From Eledone cirrhosa (lineage: Eukaryota): a DNA stretch of 64,000 nucleotides. This document shows positions 1 through 13,510 of this stretch, piece by piece; position 1 is the stretch's first letter, and every line of letters starts with the position of its first letter. Location: NCBI GenBank assembly GCA_964016885.1, contig OZ024742.1:190588001-190652000 (forward strand), given 5' to 3'. The translations under genes and the position numbers were made by a program. The notes below the pieces were generated by a model, which was not told the origin of the DNA, ran no database searches, and saw only the letters and a program-made list of their open reading frames with translations.

Positions 1-41
1 GGGGTGTTAAGACTTGTTGCAGGGAGATCCAGTGTACTATT

Positions 42-248
42 TCACTCTTCATTCTTAACCCATCTAAAGAAGGATATTTTTAAGCGATGCGTACAACTTA
101 TCGCTGTTTTAGCTCTGCTGTTGATGAGCTCGTGGGGTGCAGTTATGATGTGGTAGAGATCGCATTTCCTCTTGAAGTTGTACGGTGCAGCCCTGCCGAC
201 AATCTCCCAGTGCGTGGAGAAGCTGATGTTTAAGTCCTTTAGTGATGT
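42..248 (-). pseudogene. 3' remnant of a Naiad-type PLE GIY-YIG domain
   Basis: Minus-strand translation SLKDLNISFSTHWEIVGRAAPYNFKRKCDL..HIITAPHELINSRAKTAISCTHR..* parallels the C-terminus of the intact ORF at 26971-29292 (WEKL..T.SF...CKLC..LLN.R...CRH). Confidence 0.7.
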
Positions 249-417
249 GATGTATATATATATATATATATACTTAGGTATATATATATATACTTAGGTA
301 AATATTGATGCAATTCAATTCTAGCACTCAACGTACTTATTCCACATAGGAGTGACGGAGTAAATATCGAATAAGGAAAAGCGAAGTAGTTTCAGATGTT
401 CAAGTCTTTTAATAATA

Positions 418-602
418 ATTGTTTCTATTTTTTGGCACAAGGCCAGCAATTACCCAGTTCATTACTGGTACTTTAATTTATCGACCTGGTAAGGATGAAA
501 GGCAAAGTTAACCTCGACGGGATTTGAACTCAAACCGTAAAGGGGCGTAACTATGCTGGAAAGCATGGCGTCTGACCCTCTACCGATACTGCCAATTCAC
601 CG
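418..602 (-). mobile_element. tRNA-derived SINE (Meta-domain-like), full length
   Basis: Reverse complement of the 43133 copy: A box TGGCAGTATCGG, B box GAGTTCAAATCC, core TTTGCCTTTCATCC..GGTCGATAAA..AAGTACCAG, (ATT)n tail. Confidence 0.85.
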
Positions 603-605
603 AAT

Positions 606-681
606 GCTGTGAGATATATATTTCAATGGCGTCAGTGGCCACACTGTTCCGTGCGCCAGTGCCGCGACATCGTCAGACAGC
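606..681 (-). ncRNA. Type I hammerhead ribozyme
   Basis: Minus strand: GCTGT-CTGACGA-(stem II ~45 nt)-GAAAT-ATAT-ATC-tc-ACAGC; stem I GCTGT/ACAGC. It has a 2-nt insertion relative to the copy at 1868-1884. Confidence 0.7.
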
Positions 682-1957
682 TTGTTACATAACAAGGTTA
701 TGTTTCCGAGGCAATCCAAATTGAATCGACATGGGAACGGACGAAGTGTGTGCTCTTGGGTTCTTCCTCCGTTCCCTCGTGAGTACCAATTCACCCCCAC
801 CGGTCTGCGCAGGCGCAGGTCCGAAGGAAGTTGACCATTATCTACCGCAGATTTCAACGAAATTCGCTTAGTGAGTTCCCCCTCTCAGCCAAACAATGAC
901 CCATTCAGGCCTGTAATATAGCTTACTGCTATTTACCCCGTCTGTGGCAGTCAGCCAAAAGCCAGTGGAGATGAGAGCGTGTGAGTATCTATAGGTCTCA
1001 ATACTACCCCTCATTAAGCATGGACAGTATAATTGACCACCAGACTCTAAGAGAAAATATACTTAATTCTAGGTATCATGGTTTCACAGTGATAGTTATG
1101 AGTGAGAGTTGGAAATTAGAACTAAAAAATTAAAAATTAAAAATCAAATATTAAAAATTAAAAATCAAATATTAAAAGTTAGAAATTAAAAATTAAAAAT
1201 TAAAAAATGTTCAAGTGAGAATTTAGATTGAGGTGAGTAAAAAAAATATAGATTGGAGTGAGTAAATAATATATGCACCCATACCATCTACTACGTAGAG
1301 AGATGTTTAAGTAAGAAGATTTGAAAGGGGTATTAATGTTACAGTTATATTATCTACATACTAAACGATAGTACCGTACAGTAGAACGGAGGGTAAATTA
1401 CAGTATGAAAGGTAGTAGTTATTCGGGTCCATAGTCAGAATTTCCATCACATGGAACAAAACTAAAAAACACAGATATAAAGTACACAAAAGAAAATAAC
1501 TAATAAATGCAAGAAACTCATACAGTTCATATATGCAAAATGAGATAGGAGGTACTGATTAATATGATCGTCAATTTGTCCATATATAGATTGAATTTAG
1601 GGGGCTTCTGTTCAAATGCGATTTGGTGCAGGAAAATAGTGGTTTATCGGTGTTTTTGTTTCCGCGTATTTATCCTGCCGAACGTTATTATTATGTCCGT
1701 CCAGTATCATGGATTTCCATCCCCATGGTATAGGGAATTTCCTGGTGTAGCTGGTGGCTGGTTCCTCTTCACCACTGTCTCGGTTACATCATAGAGCGCT
1801 CAACTAATTGGAGCTAGATTCTTAGGGTAAACATTGATGCAATTCAATTTAAACACTCAAAGTACTTGAAATATATATCACAGCATTATTATTAAAAGAG
1901 ATGAACATCTGAAACAACTTCGCTTTTCCTTATTCTCTCTCTCTCTCTCTCTCTCTC

Positions 1958-2049
<92 letters not shown>

Positions 2050-2079
2050 CATATATATGTGTGTGTGTGTGAGCGTGTG

Positions 2080-2118
<39 letters not shown>

Positions 2119-2419
2119 GTGTATGGAATACTCCATTTCGTGCCAGAGTAATAGGGTCCTTGTTAGGAGATCATTCTAGATGTTAAACATTAGAATTAAA
2201 ACCAGTCAATGATACTGATCCTTTCTTTTTGGGGATATCTGTCACCATTGTTCAGAGGGTGGGATTGATCCAGTGCAAGTCTTTTCGTCACTAAAAATAT
2301 CTCCAAGCCATACATCGCTTCATAATTTTCGTGACTAATACGAAATGAGGATGTTAATATTTTATATTTCATTCTGTTCTCTGATGTATAACCCTGCGGT
2401 GGGCTTGTGCATTTATATA

Positions 2420-2885
2420 ATCTATATTATAAAGACAAACCTTCATCTGACAAAAAAGTAATCCCAGAAAAATATATAAAACGTCTTATGAAGCCTTGTC
2501 CGTATAACATGGATAACATAAATGAGTAAGCCCAGAGGATATAACCACGAAATAGAATAAATTATGAAAAATTAACGTACCTATGATGTCACAGGTGTGT
2601 GACGAAAGAATTCTGAGAAACTATATTCATATCTATATTTTTAAAGGCTGATAAACATTGATTGCCAACTGAATTATGTATAGAAATATATAATTTACTG
2701 AAGCGAAAACCCACCCAAACCAAACAGTGAGTGTGTTTTACTATATATTTCTGTCAGTATAATAACAACATGACCCTCTCCAAATATAAAAAAATATTTA
2801 CAAGTAAGTATGTTTTGAAACAGTGAGCGAATTTGAAATTAGAAATAGATGCTTTCGCCGTATTTACGGGCAAAATAAATTGTAG
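2420..2885 (+). mobile_element. Possible decayed non-autonomous Helitron
   Basis: 5' TCTATATTATAAAG-type start and a 3' hairpin CCGTATTTACGG close to a degenerate CTAG-like end. Confidence 0.3.
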
Positions 2886-3171
2886 CCTGTTAGTGGGGTT
2901 TAGAACCATATAAAGAAATTTCTTTAGTCAAAAATACGGCTAATAATAATATTTGTTTCAACACACGATTCCATATGAAAACAAATTTATCGCCGTCAAA
3001 ATTAATGTACTCTTTCATGTAGCTAAATTCTTAAACAAAAGTTTAAGAACTCATTCTATATATGCATCGATACAACCAGTGTGGAGTGTTTTATGTGGGA
3101 TACACTTAAATTAATTAATTACAGTGGTGCAAACGCCACGCACCTAATTAAACGATCATTTAAGCGTAAAG

Positions 3172-3256
<85 letters not shown>

Positions 3257-3290
3257 CATACACATATATATTTATATATATATATATATA

Positions 3291-4076
3291 TAAAGGTTAA
3301 CATATACATAAAGTTATAGATATATACATGTTGCAACTGGTCACTTTTAAGCTAATTAGAAGAAGAAATAATATATATTTTATTATCTAATGATTCTAAA
3401 GACATGATTTATGATATATTGCTCTGATTTTTTAATTTATTAATTCTTCATAGAGCTTAAAAGTGACCAGTTGCAACATGTATATATCTATAACTTTATG
3501 TATATGTTAACCTTTATATTTAATAATCTCCCAATAGGTTGAGATTAAATTTGGCGATATTTGGCTGCGCTTTCTAGCAGCAAGCCTACCCACCGTAAGC
3601 AACCAATCACATTCTTTCTCTCTGGCTTGACCACAGCCACATAGCGATTCTTAGCCATTTTTGAATCTATTTTTGGCGGGATCGGATTGAAAAACTAGAT
3701 GTCTGATTTTGAGTTTGTCTCCTGATGAATCCTAACTCAGGACATTCCTATTATTTGGATGTCTAAAAATAAGGAAGAAACCATGGTAGAGATATAATTA
3801 CGGTATGTGCGCATTTCTTCTAAGTTTAATTTTACACCTAATTGTGTATGGTTGATGGTATATTTAGTCAGTTTCTACGTGCTGTCGAAATGTTGGATAA
3901 ATACTCGATTGAGGCCGCCGCGAAGAGGCTACGTTCGGTTATTTGTCGGAGATTTCCACATAAGAGCATTTATTCTTATAGCTTGTTCTAATTGATTTTT
4001 TATATGGTTAATTATGCTAATTAGAAGAAGAAATAGTATATATTTTATTATCTGATGATTCTAAAGACATGATTTA

Positions 4077-4082
<6 letters not shown>
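3291..4082 (+). mobile_element. Fold-back PLE-derived mini-element with HHR, in (TA)n
   Basis: Inverted repeat 3291-3353/3454-3516; direct repeat 3351-3417/4016-4083; HHR at 3716-3794; (TA)n on both sides. Confidence 0.7.
3716..3794 (+). ncRNA. Type I hammerhead ribozyme
   Basis: TGTCTC-CTGATGA-(48-nt stem II closed by TCCT/AGGA)-GAAAC-CATG-GTA-GAGATA; palindromic loop III; GUA cleavage triplet. Confidence 0.8.
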
Positions 4083-4114
<32 letters not shown>

Positions 4115-4437
4115 AGAAATTAAAAGATGGTTTAAAAAGTTCCATATATTTTATTATGCGCATTTTGAAAACAAAATCACCCTGGGACAAAAAATGTGTT
4201 CTCATCAGATAAAATAAGGTAACATGATATGAGGCCTAAAAACACTTGTCAACGGGAAAGTGCAAAGTCTACACATAACAGAAATATAAAAGTAGGAAAA
4301 TATAGGAAAATAGAAGAAAAGGAAAAAAGGAGAAAAAGGAAAAAGAAAGAGAAGAGAGGAAAAAAGGAAAAAAAACAGGAAAAAAAGAAAGAAGGAAGGG
4401 AAAGTAAAAGAGAAAGAGAGAGAGAGAGTGAGTGAGA

Positions 4438-4502
<65 letters not shown>

Positions 4503-4774
4503 TTGATCAGGAACGCTGTCAAAATGAAAGAAGCTGTAAATAACGGTTAAAAAGTAAATTGATGAGGTGTATGTGCGAATATTATAGATGGTATTCAAAT
4601 ATTAGAGGTCTAAAACATAGAAACTGGGTATATTATTTTATATTGGGTTTAAATACTAAAAATTGGATTAAGAAGTGTAAAGATGTATTAATAAAATAAA
4701 ATTAAATTAAAATTAAATTAAAATAAGTATATACAAGATTTTCATAAAATAAAATAAGAAAATAAAAATAGAGT

Positions 4775-4900
4775 ATGTGAAGATATTAGGTAAGTGAATC
4801 GAAAAGTAGGGGTGGGGGTACTGGTGGATGTGAAGTAAAAATAAAAATAAAAATCAGTAACCCCTCTACTTTTCGATTCACTTACCTAATATCTTCACAT
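4775..4900. repeat. Short inverted repeat (~38-bp arms)
   Basis: ATGTGAAGATATTAGGTAAGTGAATCGAAAAGTAG at 4775 and its reverse complement ending at 4900. Confidence 0.8.
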
Positions 4901-5253
4901 TACACATTTTACTTCCCCTTTTTCTTTCACTACCTGATATTACTGGTCACTTGCGTTTTCCACTCCAGATATATTCTGTTGTTTCGCAGCCGATTTTATA
5001 TTTGTACTCATTTATTCATATGGCTGATTTATAATCTGTATCTATATGTCTGAGTGAGCTTATGTGTGTATACGTTCTGTATATGTATACGAACGTCTCT
5101 GTATGTGTGCGTGCGTACGTATATATATGTGTGTGTATGTGTGTTTTTATATCTATGTTTTTTTACATTCTTTTACGTGTGTGTGTATGCGGGTGAATGT
5201 ATGTGTATGTGTATGTATATGTGTATATATGTATATGTATGTATGGGTGTGTA

Positions 5254-5320
<67 letters not shown>

Positions 5321-5468
5321 GCGTACGTACGTGTCATCAGATATACATGGGGCGATATATATATATGCGCCTCGTGTATATGTATGTACGCATGCATGCG
5401 CTTTTGTCTGTACGTATTTGTGTGTATAAATATTTTTTTATATATATATGTGTATATATATATATGTG

Positions 5469-5541
<73 letters not shown>

Positions 5542-5544
<3 letters not shown>

Positions 5545-5743
5545 CATATTATAAAGTAAGAAGACATAGTAGACACAAATATATATACCTATTTTTTCTT
5601 GAAAGTCCCTACTGTACAGTTTCGCTGGATAATATGCAAAAATCTTACATCATAAAGATGCAACATTGTACAGTAGGGACTTTGAAGAAAAAATAGGTAT
5701 ATATATTTGTGTTTACTATTTCTTCTTACTTTATAATATGTTA
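5542..5743 (-). mobile_element. Fold-back element (~77-bp arms) retaining the 3' half of an HHR
   Basis: Arms 5542-5618/5667-5743. Minus strand GAAAC-TGTACA-GTA-GGGAC (palindromic stem III, GUA); the CTGATGA half is decayed. Abuts (TA)n. Confidence 0.6.
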
Positions 5744-5940
5744 CATAGCTCTGACATCGAGTCAATTTAATTATTCAGATTATCTTGGCTCTCATAATCA
5801 TAGAGCAACACTGGTTAAGGTCGACAACGCACAATCTCACACACTTGTGAACAAAATATATGTGTATATATATGTGTATATGTATGTGTGCACATATATT
5901 TGTGTACCTCTCATTATTGTCTATATATATATATATATAT

Positions 5941-6042
<102 letters not shown>

Positions 6043-6309
6043 TAATCATCCCAACGAATGAGATTACTACAACTTATAGCTAGGTTGCTAGTTTCATCAG
6101 ATACAGCAAACAACAAGCGTTTATCTTGTCGCCACCACCTCACCATCCATATAGACTTAGAAAGCTTCAAGCTCCTTTGGCGCTCTCTCTAACGCTTACT
6201 CATACATATTCGACTACGCACTGGCACTCGAAAATTTGATAGATATTCACTAATATAAAGCCCCTTTTGTCGTAGTAGAGTCACTCATTATATATTGCTG
6301 TGTGCATGT

Positions 6310-6625
6310 AGCATAGCCCAGTGGTTAGGAAGTTCGCTTCACATCTATCAGGTTCTGGGTCCAATTCCCCTATGTGGAATTTTGTGCAAGGGCCTTTTAC
6401 CACAGTCCTGAGTAGACGGAAACAGTTGGGAATCTTGTCGGATTGACGACTGAACCTAATTCAAATGGTTATCCGTGTTAGACTCTTTCACGTTGAATGT
6501 CTCTTAGAATTACACACGTGTCCGTCGAATGCTCTGCCACTTACACGTTACTTTCATGAATAGGAAGTTCTGTTGCTCAAACAAGTGCAACAGTCATCTT
6601 CGAAATTGACGGATGTCCGATCCAC
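6310..6625 (+). mobile_element. Decayed tRNA-headed SINE of a second family
   Basis: TAGCCCAGTGGTTAGG A-box-like head; 3' part resembles 41990-42090 and 55280-55450 (CACGTGT..GTGGAATG..CAGCC.CTTGCACGTTAATT). Confidence 0.5.
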
Positions 6626-7834
6626 ATATTGCAGTTAACAAGAGAACAATATTTAAGGCATGGCATTTGGTATCTAACCTTACATTTTCCATGGATTAAA
6701 ACTGCAACTAAATCACTGAATCCGCTGGCTCACCAAAATTGTACTTATTGTACACGACTGCCATGTTTATTGCTCGTGTTGGCATCATCGTTATTGTAGC
6801 TATCGATACTAATTCTCCTGCTGCTTGCCGCTGCTGCTGCTGCTGCTGCTGCTGTTGTTGTTGTTGCTGTTGTTGCTACTGCTGCTGTTGTTGCTGCTGG
6901 TGATACTGTTACCATCGTTGTTTTTTTTTGTTTTTCTAGCTCACTCCTGAGCGAGCTAGATCTATGATCAAGTAATCATAACTATCACGTCGTTTGGTTT
7001 TTAGACATGGCATATTTAATATCAGGCGGTGATTTGGCAGAGTCATTCGAACGACAGATTAAATATTTCGTGATACTTGGTGTGAGTCTATGAAATCTGA
7101 GTTCAAATACCATAATGATCCAACTTTATTACTTGGTCTGAGATGCTGAACTCTGGGTTCAAATACAACAGAGGTCATCTTTGCCTTTCATCATTTCTGA
7201 GTCAATAAATATAGTATCAAGACAGTGGCTTGGTGGAATTAGTAGTGTCGGGCGTGGTTCCTTATGGCATCTCATGCAGCCCCTTCTGTTCTAAGTTCAC
7301 CTACAACGTCACTAGTATCAGGATTTGTACTGGGCTTTGTCTATCTCTTGGACAACATCGGATATAGTGTATGTATAGTAAACAGTGCAAATGAGTTGTG
7401 ACGTCATTTGAGCCAATCGACCTTTGTCCTCCCTTTGGATAACATTTGTGACCTGAAGAGGAATAACTATCAAACATGGACTTTCGTTGGTCTGCCACAA
7501 AAATCCTTACCAAAGCATATGGCATGGAGAAGAAATTATAGGTCAGCCTTAACCGAAGGTGTCATAAAGTAGATGATGTGTCATCATCTAGTGTGTGATT
7601 TTCTTAGGCAGTAGGATGTGATTTTATGAAGATTTCACTGCTAATTCCATCAGGTCGAGTGACACATAGACACCATTTATTAGCTTCTGTTGCTCCACTT
7701 TGTTTAGCCCCAAGTTGGATCGGATGAAACAGGTCCATGATATCAAGACAATCAAGTCAAGATAATCTAGTCATTGTTCTTTACTTGGAAAAAGATGGGC
7801 TCTGCTAAATTTAAACATAATCTGAGACAAGCTA

Positions 7835-7989
7835 CCGCATTTCCCGGAGCCGAAGACGCTTCGTCCTCGAGGACGCACCCTAATTTTGACAACAAAAAAA
7901 AAAAACAACCTTCGGTCTCCAGGATGCATGATATCTTTTTGAGACTTATTTTAGGAAACAAGTAGCGTCTTCGACGCCGGGAACTAGGG
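7835..7989. mobile_element. pogo/Tc1-mariner-type MITE
   Basis: Imperfect TIRs CCGCATTTCCCGGAGCCGAAGACGCT / AGCGTCTTCGACGCCGGGAACTAGGG flanked by TA dinucleotides. Confidence 0.7.
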
Positions 7990-8348
7990 TATGATATCAT
8001 GGCACCCTTACAAGTCTATTAAGAGTTCAACACCCCTGGCTTGATAGATTGATGGGTTTGATGGACTATATTGTCTGAGGCTGTCTATTTTAAAATCGGC
8101 CGTGAAACATTTGACGAATGTTTGACTGCTTTATCTAGGTGGATGTTAGCGTGCATCGGTTCTCCTCAATAAGTTCTTGTTACTCTAGTTATCGTTGAAT
8201 CTATTAGCTGCTGCTCTGAGTTTTGTTGATAGGTGTTGCTGATGATGTTGCTGATGGTACATCTGCTACAGATATTGTTATATACATAAACCACTGTTGT
8301 TCTTACTGCTGCTCTGGGATTTGTTGTTGTATACTTTTACTACTGGTG

Positions 8349-9004
8349 TTGCTGAAGGTAGAACTGTTGCTGAAGGTAGAACTGCTGCTGAAGGTAGAAC
8401 TGTTGCTGAAGGTAGAACTGCTGCTGAAGGTAGAACTGTTGCTGAAGGTAGAACTGTTGCTGAAGGTAGAACTGTTGCTGAAGGTAGAACTGTTGCTGAA
8501 GGTAGAACTGTTGCTGAAGGTAGAACTGCTGCTGAAGGTAGAACTGTTGCTGAAGGTAGAACTGTTGCTGAAGGTAGAACTGTTGCTGAAGGTAGAACTG
8601 TTGCTGAAGGTAGAACTGTTGCTGAAGGTAGAACTGTTGCTGAAGGTAGAACTGCTGCTGAAGGTAGAACTGCTGCTGAAGGTAGAACTGTTGCTGAAGG
8701 TAGAACTGCTGCTGAAGGTAGAACTGTTGCTGAAGGTAGAACTGTTGCTGAAGGTAGAACTGCTGCTGAAGGTAGAACTGTTGCTGAAGGTAGAACTGCT
8801 GCTGAAGGTAGAACTGTTGCTGAAGGTAGAACTGTTGCTGAAGGTAGAACTGTTGCTGAAGGTAGAACTGTTGCTGAAGGTAGAACTGTTGCTGAAGGTA
8901 GAACTGTTGCTGAAGGTAGAACTGTTGCTGAAGGTAGAACTGTTGCTGAAGGTAGAACTGTTGCTGAAGGTAGAACTGTTGCTGAAGGTAGAACTGCTGC
9001 TGAA
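8349..9004. repeat. 18-bp minisatellite (CTGYTGCTGAAGGTAGAA)n, ~36 copies
   Basis: Directly visible homogeneous tandem array with one variable position. Confidence 0.95.
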
Positions 9005-9035
9005 GATATTGTTGGAGAATATTACAACATTATTA

Positions 9036-9900
9036 CTGTTGCTACTGCATCTGTTGATGCTGCATCTGTTGCTGCTGTATCTTTTTCTGCAGCATCTGTG
9101 GCTACTGCATCTGGTGGCGCTACATCTGTTGCTACTGCATCTGTTGGTGCTACGTCTGTTGCTTCTGCATCCATTCGTGTTGCATCCGCTGGTGCTGCAT
9201 CTGTTCCTGCAGCATATGTTGCTACTACATCTGTTGGTGCTGTGTCTTTTTTCTGCAACATCTATTGCTACTGCATGTGTTGCTGCAGCATATGTTGCTA
9301 CTGCATCTGTTGCTGCTGCATCTGTTGGTGCAACATCCGTTGATACTGCATCTGTTGATGCTGCATCTGTTGCTGCTGTATCTTTTTCTGCAGCATCTGT
9401 GGCTACTGCATCTGTTGGCGCTACATCTGTTGCTACTGCACCTGTTGGTGCTACGTCTGTTGCTTCTGCATCCATTCGTGTTGCATCCGCTGGTGCTGCA
9501 TCTGTTCCTGCAGCATATGTTGCTACTACATCTGTTGGTGCTGCGTCTTTTTCTGCAACATATATTGCTACTGCACGTGTTGCTGCAGCATATGTTGCTA
9601 CTGCATCTGTTGCTGCTGCATCTGTTGGTGCAACATTTGTTGATACTGCATCTGTTGATGCTGCATCTGTTGCTGCTGTATCTGTTGGTGCAACATTTGT
9701 TGATACTGCATCTGTTGATGCTGTATATCTTGCTGCTGCATCTTTTTCTGCAGCGTCTTTTGCTACTGCATTGTTGTTGCTGCATCTGTTGTTACTGCTT
9801 CGTTGCTGCAGCATCTTTTGCAGTGACATCTTTTGCTGCTACATGTGTTGCTGCTGCATCTGTTGCTGCTATATCTGTTGGTGATGCATATTTTGCTGCT
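9036..9900. repeat. 15-bp-based degenerate minisatellite (GCTACTGCATCTGTT) with ~300-bp higher-order duplication
   Basis: 9045-9345 is repeated at 9345-9645. Confidence 0.85.
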
Positions 9901-10029
9901 GTTGTTATTATTGTTGATGATACGTAACTTTACCACTGTCATGGCTGCTGCTGCTACTGTTATTGTTATTGTTGTTGTTGTTCTTTTTGTTAGTGTATAT
10001 CTATGTCACTGTTGTTGCTGCTGCTGTTG

Positions 10030-10299
10030 TTGTTGATATATAACTATACCAAGGTTATTGTTGCTACTGCTACACTTGCTGCTGCTGTTGTTGTTGTTAG
10101 TAGATAACTATTTCACTGCCATTGCTGCTGCTGTTGTTGTTGTTGATGTTAGTATATATCTATTTCACTGTCATTGCTGCTGTTGTTCTTGTTGATGTTA
10201 GTATACAACTATTCAACTGTCATTGCTGCTGTTGTTGCTGCTGCTGTTGTTGTTGTTGTTGTTGATGTTAGTATATATCTATTTCACTGTCATTGCTGC

Positions 10300-10343
<44 letters not shown>

Positions 10344-10680
10344 TTAGTATACAACTATTTCACTGTCATTGCTGCTGTTGTTGCTGCTGCTGTTGTTGTT
10401 GTTAGTATACAACTATACAACTGTCCTTGCTGCTGCTGTTGTTGTTGTTGATGTTAATATATAACTATTCAACTGCCATTGCTGCTGTTGTTGTTGTTGA
10501 TGTTAATATATAACTATTCAACTGCCATTGCTGCTGTTGTTGTTGTTGATGTTAATATATAACTATTCAACTGTCATTGCTGCTGTTGTTGTTGTTGATG
10601 TTAATATATAACTATTCAACTGTCATTGCTGCTGTTGTTGTTGTTGATGTTAATATATAACTATTCAACTGTCATTGCTG
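10030..10680. repeat. ~48-bp minisatellite built on (GTT/GCT)n
   Basis: Repeated unit TTAATATATAACTATTCAACTGTCATTGCTGCTGTTGTTGTTGTTGATG. Confidence 0.85.
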
Positions 10681-10859
10681 CTACTGCTGCTGTTGCTAGT
10701 GCGGGTGGTGCTGTTGCTGCTGGTGTTGTTCATATTGTTATAAAAAATGTTAACAATATCATACTCACAGCTGTTTCGATTTCCGATGTTAATCATTAAA
10801 CATTTTATAAGCTAAAAAGAGTGAAAGGAAGAACCACATGTTCCTATATATATTAAAAA

Positions 10860-11250
10860 AAACAACAACAGCAAAAATAGCAACAATAACAACAACAAAA
10901 AATAACAACAACAACAAAAATGTCAACACCAACAACAAACATAGTAAAAACAACAACAACAAAAATAGTAACACCAACAACAGCAAAAATAACAACAATG
11001 ATAATAACAACAACAACCAAAAATAGCAATAACAACAACAGCAAAAATAGCATCAACAACAACAATAGCAAAAATAGCAACCACCAACAACAGCAAAAAT
11101 AGTAAAAATAGCAACAACAACAACAACAACAACAGCAGCAAAAAGAAAAATAGAAACAACAACATAAATAGCAACAATAACAACAGTAAGGATAGCAACA
11201 ACAACGGAAAATATGGCAACAACAACAGCAAAAATAGCAACAACAGCATC
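10860..11250. repeat. (AAC)n-AAAAATAGC degenerate minisatellite
   Basis: Repeated AACAACAGCAAAAATAGC units. Confidence 0.8.
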
Positions 11251-11316
11251 AAGAAATAAAACGACAAACATACTTTAAGAAGAAAGGAGATAAAAGAATG
11301 ATATTAAGGAAGGGAA

Positions 11317-11353
<37 letters not shown>

Positions 11354-11627
11354 AATGGAGAGAGGGAGAAAGAGAGAGAAAGAGAGAGAACGAGAAAGAA
11401 AGGAGACAGAGAGAAATAGAGAGAAAAAAACATTAGTTATATTTCGCTCTGAAATTATGCAGTTTTTATGAAAGTCAAATGAAACAAGCCAAACAAAAAC
11501 AAACAAACAACAGCACAAAAAAATAATAGATGAATAGATACATAGGTAGAAAAATTTGATAGATAGATAGATAGATAGATAGGTAGGTAGGTAGGTAGGT
11601 AGGTAGGTAGGTAGGTAGGTAGGTAGA

Positions 11628-12702
11628 TATGTTTCTTTATGAGCCACAGGAGCACAAAAGAAGGGGACAATTACAAAGGGGGGAGTTTACATACAATAAA
11701 AACGTGTAAAATATTATCACAATTGTAAATTAAAAGTTAATCAATTTTCTCCAATAGGGGGAAACAGTTCATATGCGTAGCACATACCCCCGAAAAAAAT
11801 GTTCAACCCTCATCTCCAGGAGTACGAAGATTTTGTACCCCTTTCCTCTCTTCCTCTTTTTCCTCAACCTACAGGCTGATATAGAGAGAAAGCCTATTCA
11901 CTCGGGCCATTCTCGCCACTTTCACCCACCTTTCATAAAACTTGCTGGGGTACAGCACCTCTCTCTCCATCCTGATTCTTCTTCTAAAGTGGTATTTGAA
12001 AAAAAAGAATCAGTTGTTGGCCGGAGAGAAAGGTGTCTGACCTCAGCCCTTTTAACGTCGTCCACCATACAACCTCTTTCGCCATAGCTATCACACAAAG
12101 GAAAACCGCCTCTCCTTCGTTTTTGAAGGAGGGTGGCGGTTTGATCATGACAATGGACTCGGTAGTCAACCGGATTGGTCCTACCCACGACAATAGTCGT
12201 TCTACATAGCCCCACAGGTCGGTTACGCCCGGGCAGTGTATGAAAGCGCGCGCGACGGTTTCTTCGTCTCGGACAGATCTTTTTCGGACAGATCTTTTTC
12301 GAAGGGTCCCTGCCCTGCCCGGCTGTAGAGCTTGTCTCGAACTGGTAGAGCTCCTCGGTAGCAGTGCCAGGCCAGGGACTTTTGGAAGTTGTCCGTCGGT
12401 CCCGAGCGGAAGGTCCTACCGAACAGACTGGCCAGTTCGTCTTCCTCCACGCCTAGAGTTTCTCCGAGTGCGTCGTCGCAACCCCCTATAGAATGACGAA
12501 GTGGAGTCTCCACTGATCGCCGGGTCCGCCTGCCAGAGGGCTGTGAGCGCCTGAGCACATTCGATGTGCCAGTCGCCCATTTTCCTCGGTCTTTGCTTGA
12601 CCCAGGACTGCAGCTCGGTCAGCGAGACGAGTCGTGGGAAGGCTCGCCTCACGAACGGGGCCCACATCGGTTGTCCGGTGAGGAATACGTGGAGATGCCA
12701 GA
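11628..12702 (-). mobile_element. 5'-truncated Tx1/L1-like LINE (3' end of ORF2 plus UTR)
   Basis: Translation DNFQKSLAWHCYRGALPVRDKLY and AKEVVWWT closely matches the element at 32428-38194; flanked by (GGTA)n/(GATA)n. Confidence 0.85.
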
Positions 12703-12992
12703 CATATAGATAGATAGGTAGATAGATAGATAAATAGAAAAGTAGGTAGATAGATAGATAGATAGATAGGTAGGTAGGTAGGTAGGTAGGTAGATAGGTA
12801 CGTAGATAGACAGATAGATAGATAGAAAGAAATATATGCAGTGAATAAATATATAATATGAAGGGAAAAGGTCGACATAAAGTAAAGCACGGAAACAGCA
12901 GGAAACCACATTTGAGATATGGAAATGTATGCGATCGAAATATATATGAAGAAACAGAGAAGCACACACACACACTCACACAGAAGCACAGA

Positions 12993-13083
<91 letters not shown>

Positions 13084-13510
13084 GCCTACGCACACACAGA
13101 GACCCATGAGCACACTCATACTCACAGACCAATACGCACATTGACATACACAGATTGACACAAATATATTCACACTCATACACGTGTTTTCACACGCTCA
13201 ACGCAAGCATCATGCATACAACTATAAATTCATATGCACTTTTAGTCCTGGATAATATGGAGACTGTTACAGAAATTACCATATATATATATATATATAT
13301 ATATATTTGTGTGTAAGTGACACTTGTAGATGATACCACAATTTTCAAGTTAAAATATAACTTGAATTGATGTTTTGTAGGTTGTAAGTTCAGTTAATTT
13401 TTGTAGGTTTTAAGTTCAGTGGTTTACGTTGCATTTTTAAGGACATTTCTGCGACATATACAATATTATATATGGTAATTGCATATATATACACGTACAT
13501 ATTCCTATAC

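Larger units (their letters stand above)
284..1935 (-). mobile_element. Truncated PLE (family A) with partially direct and inverted pseudo-LTR and a hammerhead ribozyme
   Basis: 1821-1867 directly repeats 294-340; 1868-1935 is the reverse complement of 368-417 joined to 605-624. HHR at 606-681. Flanked by (TA)n/(TC)n. A related copy is at 52752-53148. Confidence 0.7.

Noticed and set aside
4047-4082. CTGATGA at 4051 as a second HHR or C/D snoRNA box
   Set aside because: No downstream GAAA/stem III, and the direct-repeat copy at 3386 reads CTAATGA.
8223-9927. 553/508/348-aa ORFs as protein-coding genes
   Set aside because: Stop-free tandem repeat open in many frames on both strands; no unique domain.
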